From: the human T2T-CHM13v2.0 reference genome, Homo sapiens
Assembly (NCBI RefSeq): GCF_009914755.1
Contig: NC_060925.1
Reading direction: 5' to 3' (one strand)
DNA length: 64,000 nucleotides
Part shown: positions 27,400 to 43,213 of the stretch, piece by piece
Numbering within the stretch: the first letter of the stretch is position 1
Layout: each line of letters starts with the position of its first letter
The notes under the pieces: generated by a model
Databases searched by the model: none
What the model saw: only the letters and a program-made list of their open reading frames with translations
What the model was told of the DNA's origin: nothing
Translations under genes and position numbers: made by a program

Positions 27400-27960
27400 T
27401 CACGGCAAATTTAACAGGAGGGCGCACCCTCACACAGTGCCTGCCCTGGATAAGATCCGGCACCTCACACCCTGCAGGAGACTGGAGGGGCTCACAGAAC
27501 TCCTTCCCGAGCTCGGGATCCAGGGCGAAGCCTGTGAAGAGCCCGCCTGGGTCTCAGGTTCTGAGTCTTGAGTGCATAACAATGCGCCCCAGAGCCCGCC
27601 GAGGGGAGAACTAGCTCCATCTGCTCCTTCCCAATTCTCGGCTCCGGCGAGGGGGAGGGGGATCCCTCGGCGGTTAGGCCGGGTCCTGCACGGTTATTGG
27701 CTGACACATTTTCAAAGCTACTCTCAAAGGCTTTTATGAAAATGCTGTTGCCGGGCAGCAGCTGAAGCCATTTGCCCTAGAAAATGGATGGAAGCAGGTG
27801 TAACCACTCACCCCAACATGACCCCCAAAACATTCCCCGCGACACACACGCTAGTCTACAGTGTGTTACTTTGTCCCTGTATATTTCAATAAGCGCACCA
27901 ATCTGACACCTCAGCATTCCTCCCCGAAAACGTAACCATGAGCATTGTTCTTCCTGGTTT
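27400..27960 (-). promoter_or_regulatory. CpG-enriched promoter-like element (candidate upstream or alternative promoter)
   Basis: Local CpG cluster at about 27500-27700. CCAAT on the minus strand at 27696-27700 and a GC-box-like GGGGGAGGGG at 27651-27660. Minus-strand donors 'GGG|GTGAGT' (27812/27811) and 'TCT|GTGAGC' (27496/27495). Confidence 0.55.
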
Positions 27961-28765
27961 CTCTTTCAAGAGAAAGGAGGTGCCAGTCCAGGGTGGTATT
28001 CCAAGAGACACCCCAGGTTCAGCCTCGGGCTGCCTCTGGCGGCAGAAGACACAGGGTGCATCTTCCGTCTTCTAATTCCCATAGCTTTCAGGAGATAGCA
28101 GAATTGCTGGAAGTCATGAGTGTCTTAGAAAGACTGAATGCTTTTTGTTAGAGTTCTCATTCTACTAAGTACACAAAACCGAACAGCATTTAAAAATTAA
28201 TGCAATGTCTAATTTTTGTTAACTGATGAAATTTCATATTTCAAAGTGCTTTGAATTTGAAGCTTTGTATTCAAAAGGACTCTTACAATCATCTAATTTG
28301 ATCATCATGATAGTCCAGTGGACTACTTACATTGGAGGAAATTAAGACACCAGAAAAAAGTAATTATTTAAGGATTCATCATGTGTAACATAGCAGAACT
28401 GGGATTCAAGTGCAAGTTTTCCAAATCCCAGTCCAATATTCTAAGCTTCCCCATTGTAATGAATGAGTTACATATATTATGAATCATTGTAACAAATTCA
28501 TCATATAAATTTACCCAACATGTTTGTCATGTTTTCTTGAGAAGGTTTTAAATGTGTCAAATGTGACATTTAGGTCCTCTTCTTCACCTACTTGTAGCTC
28601 CATCCCAAATGAGGCAAATAAGTGAAATTAATGGCATGGGGCGGAATAGCAGGGTTTTGAGTTGATGGACAACAGGCAACCATTGCATTTCTTTGAGCAG
28701 AATTGTGACATCATAAATCAGCATTTTAGGAAACCTCATTGGGCAGCAGGCATCAGATGACTTCT

Positions 28766-28907
28766 GTGACTTCCTAAGTAGATATTACATGTATCCATGA
28801 CTTCCTAAAGAAATTCAGTTCTTCAATATTGTTATCCAACCCCTAAGTGATAATAGCAATGGGAATTTCAGGCCAGGTCAAAGGCACAGGTCACTGAGAG
28901 ATGACTC
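28766..28907 (+). repeat. Local dispersed duplication B, copy 1 (partner 30149-30290)
   Basis: 142-bp ungapped direct repeat with about 13 mismatches by eye (about 91% identity). Confidence 0.95.
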
Positions 28908-29316
28908 CAAGGAAAGGCAGGGTGGAGTTATCAGCTCCCTTGAGTCATATCCATGTCCAGCTTTCCTTTGAGACAAATGTAACTTTTTGTCCCTTAAATG
29001 CAACTTTTTGTCCCTTAAGGAGTACCATAAAGGAGGTTCTTACACCACTTAGATCAAAGGTAGGCACTACTGGGAGAAGTTAAGATTATAGGGTTGGTCT
29101 CAAGGTTACTCTTTAGCTGCAGCCCTGTATCCAGCCGCCTGGAAAACTGAATGCTATTCAGGAAGCAGGACCCCCAGCTAAGTAGGCAGAGGCAAAGGAA
29201 TCCTTCTTAGTGGCCCAGTCAATCTTTGAGCTGAAATTCTTAAGCTGCCATCTACCCTTGGATCTCCCCTTCTTCACTGCTGGGGTTCTCTACTTTTAAA
29301 CTATTTGTTTTTTATG

Positions 29317-30045
29317 AAAAAATGCTCCCCATCACTAATCATCAGAGAAATGTAAATAAAAACCAAATGAAATACCATCTCACACAAGTCAGAACGGCTA
29401 CTATTAAAAAGTTAAAAAACAACAGACGCTGGTGAGGCTGCAGAGGAAAAAATAACACTTACACACTATTGGTGGGAATGTAAATTAGTTCAGCCACTGT
29501 GGAAAGCAGTTTGGAGGTTTCTCAAAGAACTTAGAGCTGCCATCTGACCCAGCAATCCCATTACTGGGTATATACCTAAAGGAAAATAAATCATTCTGCT
29601 AAAAAGGCATTGTGCTATTCACAGTAGCAAAGACAAGGACTCAACCCAGGTGCCCATCAATGTTGGGTTGGATAAAGAAAATGTGGCACATATACACCAT
29701 GGAATACTGTGTAGCCATAAAAAGAACAAAATCACGTCCTTTGCAGCAACATGGATGCAGGTGGAGGCCATAATCCTAAGCGAATTAACCCAGGAACAGG
29801 CAACCAAATACCACATAAACATTGGGTACTCACGGAAATAAAGATGGCAACAATCGAAAAGATGACTAGAGTAGGGAGGAAGTGAGGGGGGCAACGGTTG
29901 AAAAACTATTGGATACTATGCTCAGTACCTGGGTGACAGGATCAGTCATACCCCAAAACCCAGCATCATGCAATATACCCAGGTAACAAATCTGCACATG
30001 TACCCCTGAATCTAAAATAAAACTTGAAATTATAACTTTTTTAAA
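29317..30045 (+). mobile_element. L1 3' fragment (L1PA17/L1PREC2-like)
   Basis: ORF2 end 'atcactaatcatcagagaaatg', and 3' UTR 'tgctcagtacctgggtgacaggatc...ctgcacatgtacccctgaatctaaaataaaa'. Confidence 0.9.
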
Positions 30046-30148
30046 AAGACTTGTTGTGTCATACACTTGTTGGCAAAGGGATCAGTCGGTTAAATAATAA
30101 ACTAATAAGGCTAAAGATCCAATCGTAAGTAAAATATTTATATCATCA

Positions 30149-30290
30149 GTGATTTTCTAATTAGATATTACCTGTATCCATGACTTCCTAAAGAAATTCA
30201 ATTATTCAATATTGCTATCTAACCCCTAAGTGATAATAATAATGGAAATTTCAGGCCAGGTCAAATGCACAGATCACTGAGAGATGACTC
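30149..30290 (+). repeat. Local dispersed duplication B, copy 2
   Basis: Matches 28766-28907. Confidence 0.95.
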
Positions 30291-32543
30291 AATATTTTGA
30301 AAGAGGTAAAAAGTTTTGTTCTTTATTTAGACCAAATAGGTGTTCACCTACCATATGTACATTCACAGCCCATCTAACTGCAAACATATGGAGAGTAAGT
30401 CACCTCTCTAAAGGAGAGTGCAGTGGGTCATTACAATGTATAGGCAATGATAAAGGGGCAGAAAAGGAACACTTGGATTGTTTCCAGTAAGTTCATTTGA
30501 GCACTCACCCTCTCATTTATTTACCCAGGAAGTTATCCTTTTTGAGTACTTATTATGTACCATGCACTTTGCAATGCTGGACAAGATAGAGTACTAGACA
30601 GTCCTATCTGAGTAAATAATCCCAAGCCAGTGCTTTGACCTAAATTTTGCAAAGATTCCTTACCCTCTACAAATTCCCTGCCTATGCCTTCTGAAGGGAA
30701 AGGGGCATTTTCTCCTGCAACCCAAATTTCTGAGAGAGATGCTTGTGTGGCAGCAAAAGCTGCAAACCAGAACCTTCCCTGGAGGCTGGGAAAATTGTGT
30801 TATCTCAAGAGGAGATTACACTAATCTGAATAACAAACTGCTCTGACCCACAAATCCTACCTACCACCCCCAAATCCTGAACTAACCTGATGAGATAGCA
30901 AATAGAATTGGAGCTTGTGGAGGGGTGGCCAAAAGGTACATTTGCATAGACCTCGGCTAAGAAAAATAATATCCTTTTGTTTTTGTGTCTTCAATTCACC
31001 ACAACTTCAGGGGTTTTGTGACTTTATTTTGTCCTAATCCATGCTCACAGCATCCTTCTACCTTCTACCTCTGTTCTAAAGTGAAAATACAGAACCAATA
31101 TCAGCTATAACCTGATTATCTGTAAAAATTGGGCCAGCACAGGGTCATGGATAATAACCACAGATGATTTTGAAAGTCATTTAAATTTGCCTTTGGCCTA
31201 CATTTGTTTACACAAGTGCATTTCAAAGCAGATTCGCCTCCCTAATTACATTTTGTTTGCGTTCCCTCAGCACACATTGACTGGGAAGTCAGGGAGGGGT
31301 GATGCCGAGTAGGCTGAGTGTTGAGAAAAACTGATTAGAGATAAAAATTTGTAGGAGTTAAACCACAAATTTTATTATTCGTTTAACAAATATTTATTGA
31401 ACATTAACAAATGGTACAGCACAGCACTTGGTTTTGCAGGAAATATAAAGTTGAAATGAAATAGTTTCTGACCTGAAGAAGTTTGACTTCTTAGAGAGGC
31501 AATATATAAAGACTTTACATTTATGCAATAAAGATTTCACTATAGCTTTAACTATAAGCCTAAATAGGACTGTTTTTACTTCAGATATCTACAGAGCCCA
31601 GGGGGCTTTTGATTGAATGGAATTCAGACGAATAGTGATTCCTCCAATAACCATAACTGTAATTTTCTGTGCTTCTCCACTTGTATAAAATACAATTTTC
31701 TCAGCTTGCATAAAATAGCCACAGAATCACTTCCCTGGGTACTAGAACTCTCAGGACAATGGGTTGGAGAGGGTTTTTCTTGAAACTGCACATCTGCAGG
31801 TGTTGAAGAGTTCATCACTGAAGAAGCAAATACTCAGTGTCTCTCACTGTCCTCAGTTAAACCATTCTTAGGCAGGCCCCGTCATAAGCCCTTCTTTTGG
31901 TTTATCTCTATTCCCGGAATCTGCATTACACTACCCCTAGAAGGCCAGGAGCCCTCCCAATTTCAGTCCTCCACAGAAGAAAAGTGTGCCAGTTTGGAAA
32001 AAAGCAGGTAAGGGGGGGCATCTTGGACCCATATGCAGAATGGGACAAAGGTGTGGCTCCACAGTACTAACCCTTCCCCTAGCCTCTCCCTCTAAAACTG
32101 GTCCCTTTCCACTCCCCTGCTGCCATTTCCATGGTGGAAAGAGGAATCGGGGATGCGGATTATGTATGTGTCACTTGCTGGGTGTGAATTGCAGACCCAC
32201 CCTCACTGCCCCCACTCCTGGCAAGACCATGTTGGACCCAAGCTGTCCTTGATTATGGCAGGGAGGTGGCCTTATGCTAGGGATGAGTGAAGAATTCGCA
32301 CAAGACACCTCCAGCCAGGCTTACCCAGGGCCAACATTGTCACTATCAGCACCATCATCAGAGGCACTCACACCACACGTGCCCATCTGTGCACAGGCAA
32401 GCCAGGTGTGAACATGGGTCCCAGCCTCCTACTGCAGGTTGTGACCTGTGAAATCATTTTCAGAGGTCAAACAATGTTTTTGATATATAGTAAGGGTAAG
32501 TACTGTTATGTGAAACAACATATCATTATGTATATTCTTACTC

Positions 32544-33008
32544 TGTATCACAGTTTTATTAGGATTCTCCAGAGAAACCGAAGCAACACCATACATATAG
32601 ATATATAAAAATAAATTCATTATGAGAGATTGGCTTACGTGATTATGAAGGCTGAGAAGTCCCAGAGTCTGCTGTCTGGAAGCAGGAGGTGCAAGAAAGC
32701 CCATGACACATGGTAAAAACCCCAGTTCAAGTATGAAGGCCTGAGAACAAAGAGTACCCATGCCTGACAGCAGAAGACAGATGCCTCAGCTCAAGCAGAC
32801 AGAGCAAATTTACCCTTCCTCTGCCTTTTTATTCTATTCAGGTCCTCAATGCAGTGGATGCTGTCCACCAACATGGGTGAGAGAAATCTTTATTCCGTCT
32901 ACAGATTCATGCTAATCTCATCCAGAACATGCCCCACAGTCACACTCAGAAGTAATGTGTTACCAGCTATCTGGGCATCTCTTAGTCCTGTCAAGTTGAA
33001 GCGTAAAA
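32544..33008 (-). mobile_element. ERVL LTR (MLT2B-like)
   Basis: 'ggattctccagagaaac', 'gattggcttacgtgattatgaaggctgagaagtccc' and 'gtcaagttga'. Confidence 0.8.
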
Positions 33009-33280
33009 AGAATCCCAAGATTTTTTTTATAGCAAGACAGTATATAGAGAGTTGCCAGTTCCTTCCAATTCTTCTCATGGATTTTACATCTCCAGAAATG
33101 GCGTTTGTGCCCCTGACTCAGCAAGGGAATCAGTAGCAGCCCCGTTCAATAGCTTCTTCTATAAATGAAGAATTTTAGGAGCAAGTGGGTATGGGGCAGA
33201 GGACAGTGGAGCAACAGGCCCTCTCCTCAGTGTCAGATTCTGTCCCCCACTATCCCTGAGAAATGTTTTGGAGATGCAAC

Positions 33281-33597
33281 TTTTTTTTTGTTTGTTTTTT
33301 ATTTTTGGAGACAGGGTCTCATTTTGTCACTCAGGCTGAAGTGCACTGTCACCATCTCGGGTCCCCGCAACCTCTGCCTCCTGGGCTCAAGTAATCCTCC
33401 CACTTCAGCCTCCCAAGTGGCTGGGACTATAGGTATGCACTACTACGCCCAGCTCATTTTTGTATTTTTTTTGTAGAGATGGGTTTTCACCATGTTGCCT
33501 GGGCTGGTCTCAAACTCCTGGACTCAAGTGATCTGTCTGCTCACTTCAGCCTCCCACAGTGCTTGGATTATAGGTGTGCACCACCACACCTGGCCTG
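33281..33597 (-). mobile_element. AluJ
   Basis: Antisense, diverged dimer with 'gggctcaagtaatcctcccac'. Confidence 0.9.
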
Positions 33598-33767
33598 GAG
33601 ATATGTTTTATATGTCAGGACAACAATCTGGCTCCCCTGTTCAACTAGTGCTGCTGATCGTGCCACCTGCTAGAACTGAGCTAAAAAGAGATTTGAAGAC
33701 CAGGAAATTAACCACCTAAGTAGGAAGACCTAATGCTCCCAGAATGCCTTCCTCATCCATGGGCTAA

Positions 33768-34082
<315 letters not shown>

Positions 34083-34223
34083 TAACTCTTAAAATCAATG
34101 TGGGAGTACATTATTTCATATCAAACTCTAAATTCCCCTGAAGTGGTAACACTTTAGGCTGTCAGTCATTTATATCTCAGTATGAATTCATTTCAGATTT
34201 TTTTTCTAAAACTAAGTATCTTA

Positions 34224-34486
34224 GGAGGCCAAGGCAGGCAGATCACCTGAGGTCAGGAGTTCAAGACCAGCCTGCCCAACATGGCGAAATCCCATCTCTA
34301 CTAAAAATACAAAAAATTAGCCAGGCGTGGTGGGGGGTGCCTATAATCCCAGCTACTCGGGAGGCTGAGGCAGGAGAATAGCTTGAACCGGGAGGTGGAG
34401 GTTGCATTGAGCCGAGATCGCACCACTGCACTCCAGACTGGGCAACAAGAGTGGGACTCCATCTCAAAAAACAAACAAACAAACAA
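34224..34486 (+). mobile_element. 5'-truncated AluS
   Basis: Begins 'ggaggccaagg', has an (AAAC)n tail, and TSD-like 'aaaacta(a/g)gtatc' flanks. Confidence 0.95.
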
Positions 34487-34998
34487 AAACTAGGTATCGA
34501 TAGGAACAAAAACAAGATTGTGCCTGAGAGGACACTACTACTGTAATAGTAGCCTAATGGAAGGAGGCTGGAGAGGCAAAGACAACCTTTTGTACTTTGC
34601 TGTGCTGGGAGCTGGTCCAGCTGAGGAACATGGCCTTCTGCCCACTAAGAACACTGCAGCCAACAGTGGTTTGAGCCAGCTTTCTAAGAACATTGGCCAT
34701 TTGAGTTTGGCTTTGAACCTAGAAGTCCAAGTTCAAGTATGAAGCAGGGGAAGGTGTGGCAAAGGCATCAAAATTTTATTTTAATATTTGTCAAACCATT
34801 CTGCTCCTTTTCCTGCCCCCACCTCTACTATCACCGCCACTAGAAGAATCATTCCAATAACCTGCTAACTTGGGGCCAGATGATCTTTATGGTTTGGCCA
34901 GGAAAAGTCCAAGGGCAGAGGCACCTAAGGCAACTGTGTAGTCATCATCATAATCAATAAATAACATTAGGCATTTCTACTTGCCAGCAAGGTGCTAA

Positions 34999-35293
<295 letters not shown>

Positions 35294-37426
35294 TTAGATG
35301 CTAAGCTTTTTATGGGGATTATTTCTTTCAATCATCACAAAACTCCACGAGATAAGTCTGTCATTGTATAGATGATAAAACTAAAGCTTAGAAAGGTTAA
35401 GTAATAGGCCACAGTCACAGGGCTCGTCAGTAGTGCAGATGGAATTCAGCCAAGGACGTCTGACCCCAAACTCCTAATCAATAGGCTAAGCAGCAGCACC
35501 CCTTGGGAAGAAGTACTAGTCACTCAAGGAGTCCACCAGAAAAAGTCTGCTTCCCTCTGTTTGTCTTCCACTCAAGCCTCATCCCTTCACAATGTGACCT
35601 GGAAAGGAATTTTCCCCCATACTGCCTCCCAGGAAGCCATGGAAAGGAAGCCCCCGCTGGCCCCTGCAGTGTCCTTGAAGGAGATGGATGAAGGTGAGGC
35701 AGACCTGACTCACAGCCGCTGCAGGTCCCTGTGCTGGGAAGCAGCCTGTCTACAGAGGCACACCTGGGCTCCCCACACCCCTGAGATGATATAATGGCTC
35801 AGACAAGGGGTTTGAAGCCATCAATGGACTGATAGCATAATACCCATGACTTCCACAGAACGTGTCTTTAAGCGGAAGAAATAAGGGCAGGATAATTTTA
35901 GCTCTGTGTGCCTTAGCACGGCTCCATCTCTCCTGCCACCAGGCTGGCTTCCAGACAGAGACCACTTGTGTCTCTCTGCATTGAGGCCCTCAAACCCGGC
36001 CAAGAACAACAGACTTCAAAGTTTGCGGAGTAAGTTTGGGCCGCATGGGGGAATCAGAGCTCAAGGCTCCTGCCCCATACTTGGGAACTGTTGTGTCAGC
36101 AGGAAGCCACTTTCTCTTTGAACACAGCCATGAGGTGATGAGACTTCTGAATGTCCAAGTTGACGCTGGTGCTCCTAACATCTGGTCGCTGATGCACTGC
36201 TCCCCAAGCAGCTCTGGGCAGGCGGAAGCTTGGGGCAGGGAAAGGATGACCTGTGCGGCCTGCCAAGATGGTGAAAGTCCTTCCATCTAGGAACAGCAGC
36301 CTGACGAAAGCGCCTTTTCCCATTTCCCACACACCTTCTTCTCTCCGTTTCTCTCTTTGGTTTTAGTGGTTCTTCCTTCCTTTTCCTGACTTTCTTTCTA
36401 CTTCTGTAGATGTGCTTTTATGTATGTGTGGGTTTTTGTTTTTGTTTTATCCCCATTAGAGCACTGTCCACCTTTTTCTAACTTTCCCAATGTTGTGGGT
36501 CCTTAGTGGGAAAACACTGGGCCTCATAGTTTCTACTCTTACTGAAAAGTTTTACACTTTTCAGCCCTCCTGTCTTTGCTCACCAAAGTCCAGGTATATG
36601 TGCTTATTGACAGAAAAGATTCAAGAATCTGAACTATGAAGTGCACACACACATGTATTCTCTCTTGCTCTCTCTCTCACACACACACACACATCCTTTC
36701 CATACCCACTCAAACCAGAATACTCTTGACTCAACCTCATCAGAGCCAGTTAAAGATAATAATCTTTCTCTGGTTATGGTCTCCACATCAATGTGACACC
36801 TCATATCCAACCATCTTTGGAACTCAGGGACTGAGTTTATTTAGCTCTTGGTGAAATGTAAGTGACCCCATAAAGCCAAAGACTGGATAACCACATACCA
36901 AGGAGTGTACCAGGTATTGCCACTGGGTGATACTATATCTCATCGGCACTCCCCTGCCTAGGTGGCAAGTAAAGTTCTGACACACTATTTCTATTCCCTG
37001 ACTTTAAGAAAAAGGTGCAGAGTTGCAAACTACTGCCAACCTAATCTTATTTTTTCAACTCCCCCCACTGTCACTTACTTGTTTTATGAATGCGAACCAT
37101 CTTAGCATCTCTTTGCATCAGTTTCTTCATCTGTAAAATGGGGATAATAAAAATTACCTATCCCTTAGGGTCATTATGTCAAATAAATGTGAAACAGTTA
37201 TAGTTCTTGGCTGCAAGCAACAGAATCCAACTCTAGATTCTGGGTTACAGGAGTGAATAATTTCTCTGGGACAGCGCTGTCAGAATTAGTCAACTCCAAT
37301 CATTTTTCCATCCTTGTTTCACTAAGGTTTCACATTTCTAAGAGAGAGAGAGGGCTTGATTGGTCTAGCATAGGCCACATACCCATCCTTTTTACCAGCG
37401 AAGGATACAGGAATTTGACTCACAGG

Positions 37427-37913
37427 TGTGGTATGAGACCTAAAGTTATGGCCCAAAATGAGGAAGGCCTCAAATGACCTAACTGCAAACTTCTTTCTCC
37501 CTCTCCTCCTACAAATAAGGTCCCCTAGCCAAACATCTCTCCTTATCAAATGAACAAAGTGCAATTCCTGCTTATCCCTGAGTAGTGGGTTTCAGTTTCC
37601 TGCTGGCCTGTGGAATTACTCAAATGACCCAATCACATCTTTATAAGGTAGCAGGGACACCCCTACCCTCTTGATACTACAAAGTCTGTCTCCCACAGCC
37701 TCTACTTGTTCACTCTATTCCTGAGCATAACCCCCTATGGCTCTGTGTGGCCGGTGGTGTCCTCCTCCCCCAGGCTGTGTGTATAAATGACTAATAAAAT
37801 GCTGGCAACCTCATCTGTCCAGGGTCAGGTGTCCTGTGTGTTCAGCCATCCCCATAACCCTACAGCAAAGATCCCTCTCCCACCAATGGGGAGAAGAGAA
37901 GGCAAACAAAACA
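37427..37913 (+). mobile_element. ERVL-class solo LTR (MER54/73/74/88-like)
   Basis: TG...CA ends, 'ttcctgcttatccctgagtagtgggtttcag', AATAAA, and 'gtgtcctgtgtgttcagccatccccataacc'. Confidence 0.6.
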
Positions 37914-39284
37914 AAAGGCCCCCAAAGATTGCATGTAATGGGGAATAGGTGAGCTCCAAAAGGAAAATCAGGAGTTGATTTTCCGCTTTAAATCTGCTGT
38001 TACCACAAGAGGAGGAGGGATGCAGGACAAGCAAAAACAACAGGCATTCAAACACCATGAAAAGTGCTTAACACAGTACCTGAGAAACAGAAAAGGACCT
38101 GAAAATGTAGGTAGTAGTAATATTATTTTCATATTATTATGTAATTCAACAAACTCTCCAAAAAGAAACCTCTCATTGCAGCATTTTTCATGTTCATGGA
38201 GTACTTTTTGTCCCTGCCCCCTGCAACCTTTCCCCAGCACCTACACAACAGTTCAGGGCAATAAGCATCAAGAAACCAAAGGCATCTTTAAGGCAATCAC
38301 AGGTGTGAGTCCCAATGCAAGAGGCACAAAGATGCCGGCAAAGGACACCACTTTGCATGGGATTCCTGAGTTGGTAGGTGAATGAGGCCCAAGAAGGAGA
38401 TCACACAAGGACCTCGCTTTGCAAATGAAGTCACTGTCAGTCAAAAATGCATCAGGCCAGAAGTGAACAGGTGATGAGCCAGTACCTCTGTACTGAACCA
38501 CTCCCCTGATCACTTGCCTTTTTCAGGGAACACTTGAAAACACTACTTCTGGCAAGGCTTGGCCTTCAGAGTAGACAGTGTGGCCACTGCACCATGATGT
38601 ATCCCAATCACAAGTGCCAGACAGAGCCCCCTGACCCCAAATACCAATCCATTGTCTATCATTCTGCCATTAAAATGTCATTCTTCTGATTTCCAAGAGT
38701 CCTTTTCAAAATGACACAGGTCCCACCTCGTCAGCAAATACTTTACCTGCAACGTTTGATCTCCTTAAGCTGGGAAGCAAAATAGGACACAGGCTGGATA
38801 CCTGACTGGAAGCAGAGCACCTGACTAGGACAAGACCCAGGAGGGAGGAAAGGAGGACTGATAAGTGGCTGGGAACACATACCAGCAACAAATATTGAGA
38901 CAGATATTCAGTGGGCTGGGGTCAGCCAGCATTACCCCTGACTTGAACTGTGGAACAATTCAGCCAAGTGATGTGGCTGCACCCTGGCATCACCCTAACC
39001 TTTGTCTACCAGGAGCTCAAGGCCTTGGCATCTGCATTAACAGCCAGGAATATCTTGGCCCCAGATACTGGCTAAGTTCCAAAAATCTCCAGATGCTACA
39101 CAGGGCCTGAGATCTCACCACCTTGAACAGCAGGAAACTCTAACCTGATCTTCCCATCATATTAATCTCTGTTTTCCTCCTTTGCTTTCCACCATCCTAG
39201 AGCTTCTAATTTGCAGAATTTAGAAATCAAAATTCTTGAGCCGTTGCTTGCATAGCTCTGTCCTGTTTCAGAGTATGAATGATA

Positions 39285-39470
39285 ACAACAGTAGGTGCAA
39301 CAATTTTTTAGAGCTTATTAAATGTCAGGAACCCTATAAGTAACTTATTTACTCCCCTACAATAACCCTGCAAAGTGAACTTTGTTACTCCCATTTAACA
39401 AGTGAAGAAATCTAAGTCACACATAGTAGGGGGAAGAGCTGGAATTCAGATCTAACTCTAAAGCCTCAAA
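39285..39470 (-). mobile_element. MIR relic
   Basis: 'caataaccctgcaaag...cccatttaacaagtgaagaaa'. Confidence 0.65.
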
Positions 39471-40444
39471 CACACTCATTGCCTCTTGAAAAAGGATGCT
39501 GGACTTATCATCATGTGCCAATCCTGCCAAACAGGTTAGCTACACATCCATGAAGTACCCATGAAAATGTGAGTTTTTCCTGAAGTAAAGCTTCTCAGGC
39601 ATTCAGAATGTAAACTCATACAGCTACTTGGATGTCAATCCATGGCCACATTTGACCTGATTACTCAGGTCATACAGAGCCCAGACCCTGCCCTACAGGC
39701 TAATAAACACATCTTGTTCCATCTGAATTTGACCATAAAATCCAGCTATCTTTTTAGTCTGTTTCTAGAGCCTTTATTGATATATCCTTCCAATGTGCTC
39801 ACATGTCACCCACGGCCAGAACATAAAAATGTCTCTGGCTTGGAACACCATATGAACAGTATTTACACCTTTTAAAAATATGGGCATCCTTCAAAATACC
39901 CACACTTTATTATAAACAATACCCTTTAGGATGTTCTAACACAGAAGTATTCTATTCCTTCTGTTCTTCTGTTGTAGCCATGGAGACCTCAGATTTGGTT
40001 GAAATAAATAGACAAAATTAAAACCTGCACAAAAAGTTGGTATCAGAACAAACAATATTGACAGTTTATATTTCAAGAGTATTTTTGTCTGAGGAAATCA
40101 ATCATTCTACAGACATGACCTCATTCTGATCTCTCAGGTAGGAAAAGGACAGTCCTGCCTTCCTCTTAAGATCCTCAAAGGACTCATGGTGACGACCAGG
40201 TAAAGGGGAGACTGGGGCTGTAGCACCCTGAAATATATGGCTGAAACTAAAGTATTTCACCTACCCAGTTGTTTGGCATCAGACCGGTCAAATTAATCAT
40301 TTGAATTTAATATTTTAATTGGTCAAGTCAGCCAAAGTGGTATAAGATAAGAATTGGCCAAGTTGCCATCGTCCCAAATTGAGCCATGGCGACCAACTAA
40401 GAATAAATCTTGGGTGGCTCACTCGAAGATACATATAATTTTAA

Positions 40445-41985
<1,541 letters not shown>

Positions 41986-42384
41986 TATATGGGCAGGGCA
42001 GCTTGCCAGTGATGCTCTCAAGTGATCCTTTTTCTTAAATAAATCTTTCCTTCCTGGTTTTGATAATAGTTTCCATATAACACCAAAATATAACTGAAAC
42101 GTAAAAACATTGCTTTGTGCTCCAGATGTTTCATTTTCAGAAGCCAAACATCCAGATCATTTGGACCCATATGAAAAACTGAGCATCTCTTCATCCAAAT
42201 GTTTGGCATTTTCTTGGCTTATTCAGAGTCCAAAGGAAGAAAGAAATGGATGCGTTACCCCTACGCCATCAATACAGAGAGAAAATGAAAATAAATAATT
42301 AGTATGATTAAAGCCCACATTTTCAATGCGCCATAATCTTTCTATAATACATTCCAAAGAGCACTGATTTACATAAGAGACAAC

Positions 42385-43140
42385 TGTTGTATGGGAACAT
42401 CAGTGAGTTTGCTTTCAGCTACAAAGAAGAAAACCCACTGAAAGTGGCTTACCCATCAATAATATTTATTGTAACGTATAAGAGGAAGTCTGGAGTTTGG
42501 CTTATTCAGCAGCTCAGCAGCATCAACAAAGACCTGGGTATTTTCTAACTTTATACCCTGTCTTTCCTAGAAAACATCTTTCTCCCAGTTTCAAAGTGAT
42601 GGAAGTAGTCCAGGTGTCACATACACAACAAATAGCATACTGCAAAGCAGGCAGTTACTCTCACATACCCCTTTAAATTGGCACAAAAAACCTGAGCACG
42701 CTCCCCACTCCCCATCTGGCTTCTTCTCAGGTCCTATAGGCCATGATTGGGCCCTGTGTCTATGCTTCACCCAGTTATTGGAAAGGGGAATAAGATTATC
42801 AGTATTGCTTTAGATTAGCAGTTTCCTAACTTTAGCCCATATCAGAATCACCTAGAAGTGACCCAGCATCACCCAGATTGTGGGGCTCTATCCCCAGAGT
42901 CTTTTATTCAAGTGGGGCCTGAAATTTTGCATTTAGAATAAGTTCCCAGATAATATTGATGCTGCTCGTCTTGAGACCACATTTTTGGAACATCTGACTT
43001 AGACCAATCATGACCCACCTGCCAGCAATGGGGAGGGAGCCAAGCCTGCCAGGTGTCTTGGTTGCCTGAGAGCTATACAGAATTGTGGCTTTTCTCGGCA
43101 AGGAATAGCAGTGTGGCTAGTAATATTAGGGTCTGCCACA
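42385..43140 (-). mobile_element. MLT1J/K-like LTR containing a MER5A at about 42818-42995
   Basis: 'gctttcagctacaaag...aaaacccact' through 'tctgccaca'. The insert carries 'atcagaatcacc...tttgcatt...gaccacatttttggaacatctg'. Confidence 0.65.
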
Positions 43141-43213
43141 GTGAAACAGAATAATAATACTGGAATGTATTGAGAGCTTTGTATGTACCAAAAATTGCTC
43201 TAAAAACACAATA

